A DNA stretch of 64,000 nt from Bugula neritina. Lineage: Eukaryota; Animalia; Bryozoa. The stretch covers positions 20,832,995 to 20,896,994 of the forward strand of contig OZ037765.1 in the NCBI GenBank assembly GCA_964035545.1, in the 5' to 3' direction. The notes below the pieces were generated by a model. That model saw only the letters and a list, made by a program, of their open reading frames with translations. It ran no database searches and was not told the origin of the DNA. A program made the translations under genes and the position numbers. Shown here piece by piece: positions 48,655 through 61,019 of the stretch (the first letter of the stretch is position 1; every line of letters begins with the position of its first letter).

Positions 48655-49791
48655 ATGGATTTAAATTCATTTCCAAGACTTCAATTGAATTGTAATGATG
48701 TGACAGGATCATGGAATGGTTGGCTAGCTCAATTTGAGATAACAGTAGAGTTAACTACTTTGAATCTGGGAAAAGAGACAGTGGAGGGTGTAGAAGTAAA
48801 TAAATTTAGAGGTAGGACTAAGTTGTTAGCATTGTTGAGCGCAATAGGCAATGATGGTAGAGCCACGTTACAATCTCTTGGCTTTGATTTGAGAAACAAT
48901 GGGAATGAAGGCTATGAGCAAGCATTAGGTCTACTTAGGGGCCACTATGATAGGTCAGATAGCTTTTATGTTAAAACAATGAGGTTTGTGACAGTGTCAC
49001 AGGCCATTGATGAGGATGAAAGCGAATACTTGCTGAGAGTAGAAAAATTTAGTAGAGAATTAGGTTTAGGTGCTGGGACCGAGGATGTTAGAAGGAGACT
49101 TAGTGTTGCCTTAGCAGTAAATGGCTTGCGCGATACTAATGCTAGGAGACAATTATTGCAAGAACCCGATTTATCCTGGGACGACTTAAATACCAAGCTT
49201 AAAGCAAAAAAGCTAGCTAGAGACTCAGACCTACTTTTAAATGAAGCTAGGACAATAGTGGACGTCAAACAAGAAGTCGGGGCTGTAAGTTCTCTTAAGC
49301 AGACTAGAAACAGTAGCAGTGACAGCTGTGACAGTTATTCTGTTAATAGGGTTTCTAGATCTAGAATAAAGTGGAGACCTTATTTGAGAAGTAGCCTTAG
49401 GAATAGTGACCACTATAGAAGTAGAAGCTCGAGTGGGTCTAGTAACAGCTCTGATGATCATAGTAAACGACATTACAATAGTAGGGATAAATTCTGTTCA
49501 AGCCAACGAAGGAGGAGGAATGAAAAACCTCTCGTAGATAGACTGAATTCAGGTTACTATCATTCTAGGTCTAAAGGGTTTAGCTCCCCTAGAAGAGAAG
49601 GAAATCTTTGCTATCATTGTAAAAGACATGATCATAGAATTAGGGACTGCCCTGATGTAAGGTGCTCCGTATGTAACTGTCGAGGGCACACCACTAAAGA
49701 TTGCCCCGAAAGGGAGACCAAACCTTATAGGTCAAGTAGTGGGAGTAGTGATAGGAATAAGGGTTATAGGAGAGTCAGATTTGCAAGCTGA
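48655..49791 (+). CDS. gag: Element 2 Gag-like protein, 378 aa, two CCHC knuckles
   Basis: W..W...F N-terminus, LLSAIG, Q..DE...EYLLR, GLRD...RRQLL.E.DL (gypsy Mag-type Gag pattern); CYHCKRHDHRIRDC and CSVCNCRGHTTKDC; intact ORF. Confidence 0.85.
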   Translation: MDLNSFPRLQLNCNDVTGSWNGWLAQFEITVELTTLNLGKETVEGVEVNKFRGRTKLLALLSAIGNDGRATLQSLGFDLRNNGNEGYEQALGLLRGHYDRSDSFYVKTMRFVTVSQAIDEDESEYLLRVEKFSRELGLGAGTEDVRRRLSVALAVNGLRDTNARRQLLQEPDLSWDDLNTKLKAKKLARDSDLLLNEARTIVDVKQEVGAVSSLKQTRNSSSDSCDSYSVNRVSRSRIKWRPYLRSSLRNSDHYRSRSSSGSSNSSDDHSKRHYNSRDKFCSSQRRRRNEKPLVDRLNSGYYHSRSKGFSSPRREGNLCYHCKRHDHRIRDCPDVRCSVCNCRGHTTKDCPERETKPYRSSSGSSDRNKGYRRVRFAS

Positions 49792-49980
49792 CTATATGAT
49801 GGCAATGACAGCAAGTTATTTCCTCCTGAACAAGGAGAAATTACGCTTACTAGACGGGGGAGACTAAGCAAACTTCCTAATAGACTAAACATGCAGAGGT
49901 ATAAATAATAATGTGTTTTTATATATATCGTTTTAGAAAACTTGCGAAAAACAATATATAGATAGAGAAAGAGACGAACA

Positions 49981-51021
49981 ATGAGCAATAGTGAGAAAGA
50001 GAAGGAAGGTATAGGGGAACCCGACATGGACTCTTGGTCTAAAGCCGGACCCTCAGGAAGACATAAAGAAACGGTAAAAGTAGCTAACCTCCAGGGTAAG
50101 CCCAAGAATACAGAAGATAAGGCTAAGCTTAAAAAGCCACATGAGGTATGTGGCAACAAGGGCACAATTAGGTGTGCCATCTGTAGATGCTTCAGGGATC
50201 GCTCTGCCCAAGACTGTCCCAATAATAAGTGTTACAGGTGTGGGCAGAAGGGTCATTGAGTAGAGGACTGCAGAGAAGTCTACTGCAGTTGGTGTTGTGT
50301 CGCAGCCGAACACAAAACCTCAGACTGTAGTCACGCACCTTCTAGCTTCAAGCGGAAGGCTGTTGATGGTGTTGACTCTCAAGATCCAGCACCAAAATTA
50401 GCCAAGGTTTCAGGTAGTCAGAAATCAAACTATGCAAGTGTTGCCTCTGGTGGTGTAGCTACATCATCAAGCTATGTTCATGCATTAAAGCCTAAAAATG
50501 TTATTGTCAGTGAAGTTTCAGGGTTCCTGAATGGCTTGACGGGGTGCGACTTCCTGGATGGGGAGGCTTATGCACTAAGGAAAGAGGAATTAAATAGAGA
50601 AAAGCAAGAACTTCAACGAAAGTTCAACAGGCAAATGGAAGAGATCAGTGAGCGAGAGAGTCTCTTGGAAAAGGAGTATCAGTGCTCAATGGCTATTAAA
50701 GTAGCAATCGAAAACTGGGCAAGTGTGGCCAACGTGCATTCCAGAGGATTGGGTAGCACAATACTAAACCCTGCAACCACAGTTGCGGAAGGTCCCAGTG
50801 GTAACCAGGAGGAGTCAAAGGCCGTAGAGGAGTCGCCGACCTTAGGTCGCCCTCGAGACGACACTTGGGAGGAGTCAATGGCCGTAGAGCCCCAGACCCC
50901 CGGTGTACATGGTGGTTCAGACCTTGGTCTGAGACCGACCTACAGTCCTAGTCAGCCTCAGGCAACTGAGACTGGGGAGGTGAAGATGGAAACATCTTCT
51001 AATCCCGAAGCACTGCATTGA
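49981..51021 (+). pseudogene. Element 2 ORF2: ~346-aa multi-zinc-knuckle + coiled-coil protein with one in-frame TGA (50257-59)
   Basis: ORFs 49981-50259 and 50536-51021 are the same frame with no other stop between; CYRCGQKGH*VEDC, CSWCCVAAEHKTSDC, EELNREKQELQRKFNRQMEEISE. Confidence 0.75.
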
Positions 51022-54000
51022 GGTTCTGGTCAGTCTCAGGCAACTGAGACTGAGGGAGAAGAGGGTGGGAACATCCTCCAATCCCAACTCACTTACTTAC
51101 ACACTTACCGACACACTAAACAACCTACTCACCTAACTTACTCACCTACTTATTTACTCACACACTCAACGACACACTGACTCGCGAACTACTAAATTAC
51201 AAATAGTTAAAGCTTGTGTTTACAGTTTCTGGCATATAGAGGTGAGTAAGTTTACCCACAGACATGTGGTACTCATCAGCTTATAGCTTTTAGAAATAGT
51301 ATGTAATTGAAATGATTAGTTTTAGCAGGTGGTCACCAGCCTTTATTGGAAGGGGGCATGTTATAGTGGCACGCTGAGAGTTTAGCTAATGACAATAGCC
51401 TATCAGATACGTGAGCTATCGTGTTAGTAAGAGTTGCCCTACCAGCCACCGTATAGCCGAGATAGCTACAAGCTAAGGCAGATAAAACCCAGACAAACAG
51501 AGTGAATGGTCTCTTTCATCTGGCAGCTTTATCACTGGTAAGACATACTATTACGTTGTGGTAATCTAACACAACTATAAATAATGTAATACACAGTTGG
51601 TTTAAGGTCATACTTTTCATTTTCTGGCTCTTTGCCAGGTGCTTTATGTTCTATATGAACAATGTTCCACTGATCGCTCGAACAGGTTGAATGTCACAGG
51701 AACAAAAAAAATATGAAAAGATAAAGAAATTTATGTTCTCCAATATACTTTTTTATTTTTTTCAAAAGCCAATTCATGTTTAAGTTATAGCTTGTTGAAA
51801 AACATAGTCCCCCTTCCACATTCTTTTCAATTTATACGCTCCTGACTTGTTATTGTGTCTCAATATGCCTTGTATTTGAGTGCTTGTTAGTCTCGCTTCA
51901 CTAACTTTGCCTATACTTCACAAGTGCCAGTGCTGCTGGCTCAAAAGCTAAATGTTATAAACTGTCAGCTAAAACCCAATCTTGTATTCCTAGGTTGGTT
52001 GGCCTAAATAAAACAATAGTCAAATCATGATTTCATGTTTTAAAAATTTACTCTATTCTAACCTGCTGCCTAGCTAGTTCTATTTTTGATGTATAATTAC
52101 AAAATTTGTGATACATTTTTTTGGCATCCATGTGATTTATAAAATGCAGTAATGGTACTTATAATATTATATTATTATCATTATAATATATTATATAGTA
52201 CTATGTGTGTTTTTATTATACTGCATAATATCTATTTTATTATTGTTGTTGTGCAAACAAGTGCAATTAACCTAGTTTTCAAAATGTACCTCTAAATTAT
52301 CAGAATATCAGTTTAGATATTTTCATGCTTTGTAAGGTAAACCTAAAAAAAGAGGCTGTATTCCCAAAGTAAAGGGTGTTGAACTATGAACTATATTAGA
52401 TTAGCCACTCTGCTACCAAGTGCGTCAGTATAATATTATATGAATAGCTCTGATGCTTTGTCTCCGGTGGCTGGCTGCGATATGATAACTTGGCCAACTT
52501 CCAAGAGTTTAAAATTGGCGCAATTATTCAAGAGGTTACATACTGCACAGAGCTAGCAGTGATAGTAACCTTGCTATTGACAGTACTTATTACAACTGCC
52601 AGCATATAAGCTGCATTGTAGAATGCCGTTGGGGTAGGCTATTAAAACCAAATTCTGCTCTCTAATATACCTAAGACACAATGCAGCAACATAATTGTTC
52701 ATTTCATTTCATTTTACATTGCCACCCTTACATGAGCTGTGGGCTTCATAAAGATTCATATGATTAGAGATTTATGCTATAGGCTAGCTATGATGAAAAT
52801 AACACACCATTGTCAAAGTTAACTTCAAGTATGTTGTTTTCCAGAAACTCAGTAATGTCCATTTATCTCTCGCATACAAATACTTATGTAATAGCATACA
52901 GTTTAAGTTTTATTTTAGAGCACATCTGCAAACTCTACAATAAGAGCTTGCTTTACCAGTCTATTTCAGACCTGTTTTTGTAGCTAGTAATACGCAAGCT
53001 ACTTATTTTTAAACTTTTGGGTTATTTGTTCAAAACCATTAGCTTTGCTAGTAACCCGAGACTATTGCAACAGTTGACTGCTATCAACATGAATTGACAG
53101 CCTAATAATTATAACCCGTTTGCGCGCGAAATATTTATGTAATGATAGTCACTCATATAGTGCGCGTCTCATTTACGATGACTGCGTGGTCCAGAGGTTA
53201 GAGGCGTCAACGACGAGTTGGTTGGTCATGGTTCAACCCTGTTTTGTTGCAATTTTTTTTGTTAATTTATACAAATCCTACGCATGTATAATAAATATGG
53301 CTATAAGTGTAAAGTTTTTTTTTTAACTTTTGTTCAACAGTAAGACAACATACATGCATAATAATTAGATACTGAACGCTGGACTAAACCTTAAATTGAT
53401 CTTATAGAATACAATGTACTTAAAATAATCATATGTGAATTAGAGAAACTGAAAGTACACCTGCTGTGCTATAGACAGACCTTTACTGACAAGACTGCAA
53501 AGTGAAGTGATTTAGCTGAAATTAACTCTGCCAAACAAACAAAGAATTATGTTGTGCTAAGGCATTTTCAATATATTATTGTAACATAGTGAGATGATTC
53601 AGCTAAGTGCTAATGTAAAACAGGGAACATTATCTTGGCAGAAATCCAATAGATTGCCAATTTGTGCGAGAGGGTACTATATGTTATTGTGATAGCGCAG
53701 AGCGGCAAACGTACTAGGAATGTTATAATTAGTCACAGGAGCGTAGCTAGAACCACCATATGAAGAATTTAGAAAATTGCAGTGAAACTTGCAAAATGGT
53801 GTATGTTTTTACCAAATTGTGAAGAGCATAAACAGAATTTCAAAAAACAAAGAAAGTATATTAGAGAAAACATATCAAGGAATGTCAAGTTTAACTTTTA
53901 GACTTTATAAAATGAATCCCCTGTGCTACAGCAGTAGAACATGGAGGGTATAAAATTTTACTTATTATGCAACAACTTTCTCAGAAAATTTTTTATTGAA

Positions 54001-54359
54001 AAATTAAAAAAGTATATGAAAGAGGAATGCAAGAGCTATCTTTTCATGTAAAATTTGTTAATGTGAGACAAAAACTGTTCGAGCTATCCCCTGGAAACCG
54101 TTTATATATAACATAAAGCAGTGCTTGAATCTGGAAAGTAATGACCTTAAACTAACTGTGTATGTAAATATACACAGAATAAAGCTAGAAGATCAAAATA
54201 TAGCAAAGAGGTAGCATTGGAAGTAATTGGCTATGTTACAGCATTCTTGAGTAGAAATTTACTACTATGTCTGCATATAGATAAAAAGTCATTGATCTTC
54301 TAGCTTTATTCTGTGTATATTTACATATTACATTATTTATAGTTGTAAGCAATCATAGT

Positions 54360-54422
54360 GGCAAATTTATCTGACGAGTGCACATCGTTTTTTTGTGTAC
54401 GAAACTACTAGTAATAAATGCC
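54360..54422 (+). ncRNA. Type-I hammerhead ribozyme motif (family B)
   Basis: ATTTAT-CTGACGA-GTGCACA(tcgttttt)TGTGTAC-GAAA-CTACTAG-TA^ATAAAT; cleavage after 54413. Confidence 0.8.
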
Positions 54423-54451
54423 ATTATATTAATCAAATCTCATTTTATTTC

Positions 54452-54543
<92 letters not shown>

Positions 54544-54546
<3 letters not shown>

Positions 54547-54813
54547 CGCTCTCATTTAATGCTCAGCAATGTCATATTAAATGATTGAGCACTCTCACCA
54601 TGGTCACAAACTCAAGCTGCTAGCATTCTGCAATGCTCGTGACTCCTAGGTGACCCCTAGAGTTACTTGAGCACTCTGGCTTGAGTTTACACACCTTTTA
54701 AATATGCTTCAGTAAAACTATAAGTTTTACTATTGCGAAGGTGTGGGCCATGGTACTCTGTTCTGTGCTGATGAGGGGACAAATCTCGAAACAGCTGCTG
54801 TCCACAGATTGAG
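54544..54813 (+). mobile_element. Family-A hammerhead-bearing repeat (~270 bp) between two (TA)n tracts
   Basis: Longer copy of 47299-47482. Confidence 0.75.
54762..54808 (+). ncRNA. Type-I hammerhead ribozyme motif (family A)
   Basis: TCTGTG-CTGATGA-GGGG(acaaa)TCTC-GAAA-CAGC(t)GCTG-TC^CACAGA; both stem II differences from the 47431 copy give G-U pairs. Confidence 0.82.
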
Positions 54814-54814
54814 A

Positions 54815-54858
<44 letters not shown>

Positions 54859-54947
54859 TTATCCAGAAATCGCTGAGGTTTAAATCTTATATAAGGCTCT
54901 AGTGACGTTAGGAGAAAGTTTAATCAAACATAACTTTATAATTTTAG

Positions 54948-55207
54948 GTAAAAATGGCACGATAAAAATGGCACAGGTATAAATAAAGGCACAAATGGAA
55001 AAATAGGAGAAATTGCACACTGATGTTAAATTTTCGCAAACCCCAAACCTAAACCCCCATTCCAAACACCCAACCCCACCCCAAACCCTATTATTGAAAA
55101 TGTGCCATTTTTACCTACTTTGCCATTTGTGCCATTATTACCTGCCCCATTATTACCTGTGCCATTTTTATCGATGCCACTATTACCTGTGCTATTTTTA
55201 CCGGACA
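54948..55207. repeat. Unclassified foldback repeat (GTAAAAATGGCAC...GTGCCATTTTTAC) with AACCCC-rich centre
   Basis: Related copies at ~8940-9005, 37855-38050 and 38297-38575. Confidence 0.55.
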
Positions 55208-55859
55208 TCTAGCTCTACAGCACTACTCCTGCCATATTGAAAAAACAATCAATAGCAAATTGACAAGGGCACTCCCAGTCAATCAAATTGTACACCCATT
55301 TATCTCAGCGTAATGAAGCCCAATATTGTCAACATGAAAGTGGATTGAATGAAACTTAAGTGCTGAACATTTCTCTTTGCAAGAGAGAACAAGATGGAGG
55401 GTATTCTTCAGTAGTAGTAATCTTTATTTGTAGCATAGAGTAGTGGTCTTCCACAGGCGAGCTCCAGTGGTAGACTGAATTACACTGAAACACAAAAGAG
55501 AAAGATCCTTTTGATGTCCAAAATCGGAGGTCCGAAATGCCGATTTTTTTGGCATTTTGGGAGTCCGAAATGCCGATTTCGGGCAACAACATTTAGTATA
55601 AGAAAATAACTCATTTAGTAAAAAATAGAGATGATAACCATATATTATAAAATCTACAACACACACCCTCTATCGGAAAGTACACTTTCCAATAAAGAAA
55701 AAATTAAAAATGTTGACAATAGGTATGTATATATAAAAGATTGGGGGTATAGTCACAAAAGAGAAAAAAAGTAATAATAAGAGCAAATGCATTTAAGTAT
55801 ATAATAAAAGCACATCACACACCCACCACCAATGTCTATGTGAACTATCTTGAGCGTTA

Positions 55860-56375
55860 CTAATGATGCTCATCATCTCTGGATCGTTCTAAACGCTTTT
55901 TGCGCCTTCTCAGCAGCGCCAGGTCTTCTTCGCATTGTGTCAGTTGTTGCTGCAGGCGTCGCACCTCCTTCTCTAGGGGGACTGTGTCCAAAGGTTGGTG
56001 GTACCATGCCTTGCCTTCTGCTTCTTGCCAGTCGCTGAGGGCCAGAGGCCCAAGTCCGATACATCGGACCTGGCATCCGCACTGACCCGTGCTAGCATGA
56101 CTCAAGAGGCTGGGTGGCTGCCGGTTGGTGAGCAGCGACCGGCTCTTCTTCGTCTTCCTGGATGGGCCGGCACGCTAAGAATCCCTGGGCAAGAGAGGCC
56201 CATTTATGAGGATCTGCAATGTGCAGCAGGATCAAGTCCTCAAACTTCGGAAAGGTGGCTTTGTCCACCACTAACGTGTTGCTCGTGTGGCGGTGTGATA
56301 TGCGCTGGTGGCGCAGCACGTAATCGCGCTAATAAAAGTATCAGAATATCAGAAGAAAGTTCTTACTAAGGTCTC
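55860..56375 (-). pseudogene. Element 3 remnant of the accessory 3' gene
   Basis: NFLLIF..RDYVLRHQRISH..LVVDKATFPKFEDLI resembles element 1 HFLLHF..YPVIVHKMSC..IIAEDSFPQYLDII; ends in coiled coil LEKEVRRLQQQLTQCEEDLALLRRRKKRL. Confidence 0.55.
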
Positions 56376-56444
56376 CTCTGAACAAAGATTTCCACTTCCC
56401 TGGGTTGGGTTACTCTTCCCCCTGGTTGGGTTGGCAGTTGGGCT

Positions 56445-59400
56445 CTAGAAGGGGTGGTCTGAGCTGGCATAGTATGGTTTCAAGCGCTGCTCGCTCTGAA
56501 TGTAAGTCTGCCAAAGGCGCTCCACACAGTGCGTGTGGTTGGGCAGCACTTCCACCACGCAGTAGAGACCCACGAAATTGGGCTGAAGCTTAGCCGACTG
56601 TCCGTGTTGCCTGCGATAGCTCACCATCTCCACCCAGTCTCCCACCTGGTACAAAAGGGGGCTCTTCTGAGTCTTCTGTCCGGATCTGCCACTGCTGCGC
56701 CCGCAGTGCATCATGAGCCTTGCCCATGATTTATACTAGCTTCCCCACGTACTCATGTACTGGGGACTTGGGAGCTGGAACATGGTATGTTAGGTGTCCT
56801 GGAACCCGTGTCTCTCAGCCTAACATCAAGAAATTTAGAGTTTCCTATGTAATGAAGTGTGGTGTGCTGCAGTAGGCTTGCATAATTTGTGGCAGCACCA
56901 TGTCTCATTCCTCCTGACCTCGGCCTAGGAACAGGTTTCTGAGGGTGTCACCTAACATCCTGTTGTTTCTTTCCATGACTCTGTTTTCTTGTGGGTGATA
57001 TGAGGTGGTCCGACTCTGATTCACCCCCATATTTGGCAAGGGTCTTCCATGAGCTGAGATTGGAACTGGGCGCCTTGGTCCGTATGTATCTGCTCCGGTA
57101 GCCCGAAGTAACAAAATACATGTTGGTCCAAGACCCGGGCCACTGTGGGGACCGACGCATCTGGAATAGCCAAGGCGTCTGCCCACCAAGTGAAGTGGTC
57201 CGTGAGCACCAGTATCCAAGTGTTTCCTCTGGCGGATAACCGCATAGGCTCAACAAGATCTACCGCCACTATTTGCCACGGTCGACCAGCATACAGCTAG
57301 TGTCGACCAGTGGTTTCCGTGGGGCGACCATGCTTACTAGCTTGGCAAACCTCGCCTTGTCGTACCCGCAGTTGTACATCCCGAGTCATTCCGGGCCAGT
57401 ACCAACTCAGCTGCTTACACCTGATGACCCGACTGGCTCCAGCATGAGCCTGTTTATGGGTGTCCCAAATCCGTTCCCGTCAAAGGGCGCGGTCTCTCTA
57501 CTGCTGAAGGTTATCTACTGCTAGCGTTATTTTTAGGAGGCCATCAGGACTGACCTTGAGGGAATCCCAGCAACAACAGAGGAGTTTTAAAACTCAATGT
57601 CTCTCTGCCGGAACATGTCTGCTACCGCGCGGGGTAGCGTCTTCTAGAGTCGGCACAGCTCCTTGACGTTTTGACACAGAGTGGGGTTGACTAAGAGTGC
57701 CTGAACGTCGTCTGAGTGGGTTTTGGTCCGAAAATGGCCGTGCTCCCACCGGTAGACGGCGCCCTCCCTTAATTCTGTCTCTACGTCAAGGCGAGCGGGT
57801 CCCCCATCCCGTCTCGCAATGTGCAGACATTGCTTGCAATCCTCCACCGGCTGACGACTTATGCCGTTGGCGCTCCTGTGCTTCCGGCCAGCACGGTGCT
57901 TTATCCAGTAGGAGAACTTAGCAAAAATCTCCAGCCAACGAGCTGCCTGGCTCGAAGACTTTGCACATTTACACAGTTTGGATGCATGCTCTGTTTGTAA
58001 TCTAAACGTTCTTCCTTACAGATATAGCCAAAATTGCTTGACCCCCTTGACTACTGCTAGGAGCTCCTTCCTAGTGGTGCAGTAGTTTTTCTTGGCGGCC
58101 GCGAGAGTCTTGCTATAGTAAGCTACAACCACCTCACTTTTACCCTAGACTTGAGACAGAACAGCTCCCTCACTGTGGTCGCTGGCATCGGTGTCCAGGC
58201 TTTATTTCTTGGCTGGATCAGGATACGCCAAAATTGGCGCCTCCATGAGCTGTTGCTTGAGGTGGTCGAATGCCTGCTGCTCTTTCTGTGTCCACTGCCA
58301 CCAGACCCTCTTTGCGGTCAGCCGATTTAACAGCTGAGCCACCCCTGCAAAGCCAGGTATGTACTGCCGGTAGTACCCTACTAGGCCCGGAAATGCCCGC
58401 AACTCAGTGAGGTCATGGGGGACAGCCTACTTCTTTACAGCCTGTACCTTCTCCTGGTCGGTAGCTACCCCATCACGGCTAACCACATGGCCCAAGTACG
58501 TGACTTCCGGCTAGAGGAGCGTACACTTGGAGGGCTTCAACTTCAGTGCAGCTGCCCAGAGGCAATCAAAGATCTCCCGCAGACGACTGACATGAGTCAA
58601 AAAGTCTGGGGAGATGACAATGACGTTGTCCAGATAGATTAGGAGAGTCTTCCAGTGTAGCCAACTGAGGACCTGCTCCATGAGTTGTTGGAAAGTTACC
58701 AGGGTAAACGTAAGTTCAAATGGCAGTACTTTCCACTTCCAGAGCTCGTCGCGAGTAATGAATGCTGCTTTATCCTGGGCATTAGGACTGAGGGGTACTT
58801 CCCAGTACCCGCTAAGCAGATTCAAAGTACTAAATAACTTGCTACCCGCGAGAGCATTCAGAGACTAATTTATTCGTGGGAAAGGGTAGGCATCTTGAAT
58901 GGTGATGATGTTTGGTCTGCGGTAGTTCACACGGAACCTCCAGCTACCATCCTTCTTCTTGACAAGGACTACTGGAGAGCTCCACACACCGTGGGCAGGC
59001 TCAATCAAATCCCAGTGGAGAAGATCTTGCACTTGCCGACTAACCTCCTTCTCCGGGCCTAGACGTTGAGTTGGCTGCCTCATGGCGGTGTTGCCGGCTT
59101 GCAGGGGTATCTCGTGGAAGATAACTGTGGTCAGCTCCATGTCTTCATTGCCATGACTAAAGACATCACTGTACTTTGTGCGTAGTTGAGCCAGTACTTG
59201 GTGTTCAGTACCACCCGTACAGTTACCATACGCTCTACCGTACAGGTCAGCCATGTGCTGCGGGACTGCTCCTTGACTAGTTCAAGGGGGTTTTCCCTGG
59301 GTGTCGGTGACTGTTTCTAGTGCCAGACCCACATCCGCCTCTTGAATGGAGTGGTACTTCACTACCAGCGCTTCAGCCGATAATCAGACAGCTTCCGTGA

Positions 59401-60130
59401 AGGGGTTGATACACTGCACGAGGAGCTCTCTCCGACAGTCTAGCCCATTTAGGCTGTTTGCCAGTCGGATTGCTCCGTGCGTTCTCTTTACCACTCCTAG
59501 GCCGGTGATCTCCTTACAGTTGAATCTGCAGCGGATAGTCGCCTGGGATCTCCCTGAAACCATGCAGTCCCGCCCACCAAGGGCCCGCCGAACTTATCAA
59601 CACAGACAAGTTCCTTCTAAGCCATCACCACCGCCGACTTCTGGAAATCCATATGACACTAGTGTTTCTCCAGAAATGACGTTCCCAGGATGGCGTTCTT
59701 CTTCAGCTGGCTGACTATAAACATCTCGTGAATCACCTGATCACGGACGTATCCAGGTAGTGTGATGATGCCGTAAAAAGGAATGCATGATTCGTTCCCC
59801 AACGTACCATGCGCACCTTCGTATGGCTCGAGGCTCACCCGCTCTCGACGCCAAGGGTGTGAAAGAAATGCTTACGTAGCAAGTTTGTAGGGCACCCAGT
59901 GTCCAGTAGGAATATGGCAGCTTTACCCGAAATTTTTCTGGGCAGAAAGTAGCTGCTTCCGTACAGCTGGGTGTTCTTGAAGCGGTTAGTCTCTGGGGGA
60001 GACACAATTTGGTCTGCACAGCGGGCCTCCTTTTCGTCTTAAGTACAATGGGGGTTTTCTGAGGTTGAAATCTTGAGTAACTTAAGATACTCTCGCGAGC
60101 GGAAGTTAATGTGAGCCTTGAGTGTTTAAA
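56445..60130 (-). pseudogene. pol: Element 3 pol (protease, RT, RNase H, integrase), many frameshifts and stops
   Basis: WSSPVVLVKKKDGSWRF, DAYPFPRI, SGYWEV, LIYLDNVIV, GLVGYYR, APILAYPD, AVDLV..DHFTWW..IHTDQGAQF, YHPQEN. Confidence 0.92.
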
Positions 60131-60158
60131 GGTAGGTGGCTTTTATGGCAGTGTCTCC

Positions 60159-61019
60159 TCACATGCCCTGGCGCACCAAATCTTCAGCAGGTGAGCTGCT
60201 AGGGCGGACAGGGTCGTCCCGTAATCGGGGAGCCCGCCTATCCGCTTGGTTTTGTTGCAACTTGGTCACCATAGTCTGCAGGCCCTTCACCATGTCCATT
60301 AACGTGGTGAGCTGCGTTTGCTTGGGTGACTTGACTGTTGCTGCTGACACCTGTGGAGCAGGAAGTGTGGCAGTCCCTTCTTTTTCTCTGGCCACCTGGC
60401 GGGCGGTGAAACGTACTCCTCGAGGTCCTTTAACCTGAAAGTAGGCCTTACCCACTTCCAAGGCTTCTTCCAGACTGCTGACTTTAGCTGCCAGCCAGTA
60501 GCACAGTAAGTCCGGATTGTTGATGCTGCAGAAGAACGCATTGTACACCAGGTGTTTCCTCTCCGCGCCTGTGGCTTGACTGAAAGCAGCCTGGGCCAAT
60601 CGTTCCATCGCGTTAGCGTGATCCTCCAAGGGTGTCCTCCGGTCCCTTGTCGTGGCTTGTAGTTGGCCTGAGGCTTCCATGGCCGTCAGACCAAACCGGG
60701 TTCTGAGAGCCCGCATGATGTGAGCTTCATCAGGCCCAAGAGCAAAACTCTTGGCTTGGCCTGTCAAACAGGCCCAGAGCTGGAGGATGCGCACTGATGC
60801 TGGCCATTCAGCAATAATGGCCACATCCTTGAACTCGCAGATGAACTGCTCCACATCCTTTTCACTTCTGAAAATTGGGGGCTTGAGGCGGTACCTGTCA
60901 CCAGGTGGCGCCTGACTAGTCCCCTGAACTTCTCGGAAGGCTGTCACCACGGCCTCAATAGTGAGGGCTGGTCTCTCTGGCACGTCAGGGGCTGGTCCTA
61001 CTTCTGCCCCTTCGGCCAT
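60159..61019 (-). CDS. gag: Element 3 Gag
   Basis: 286-aa ORF homologous to element 1 Gag; knuckle decayed and frameshifted. Confidence 0.8.
   Translation of the reverse strand: MAEGAEVGPAPDVPERPALTIEAVVTAFREVQGTSQAPPGDRYRLKPPIFRSEKDVEQFICEFKDVAIIAEWPASVRILQLWACLTGQAKSFALGPDEAHIMRALRTRFGLTAMEASGQLQATTRDRRTPLEDHANAMERLAQAAFSQATGAERKHLVYNAFFCSINNPDLLCYWLAAKVSSLEEALEVGKAYFQVKGPRGVRFTARQVAREKEGTATLPAPQVSAATVKSPKQTQLTTLMDMVKGLQTMVTKLQQNQADRRAPRLRDDPVRPSSSPAEDLVRQGM

Larger units (their letters stand above)
47777..51571 (+). mobile_element. LTR retroelement 2: young, pol-less (Gag + second zinc-knuckle ORF)
   Basis: 213-bp TG...CA LTRs (47777-47989, 51359-51571; 3 mismatches by eye); 5-bp TSD CAACT; PBS TGGCGCAGTCAGCA (tRNA-Ser-like); PPT GGAAGGGGG. 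Confidence 0.95.

Noticed and set aside
51577-51700. Short minus-strand frame running into the family-B repeat as the end of a PLE ORF
   Set aside because: Only ~45 codons, closed upstream by a stop, with no recognisable RT or GIY-YIG motif.
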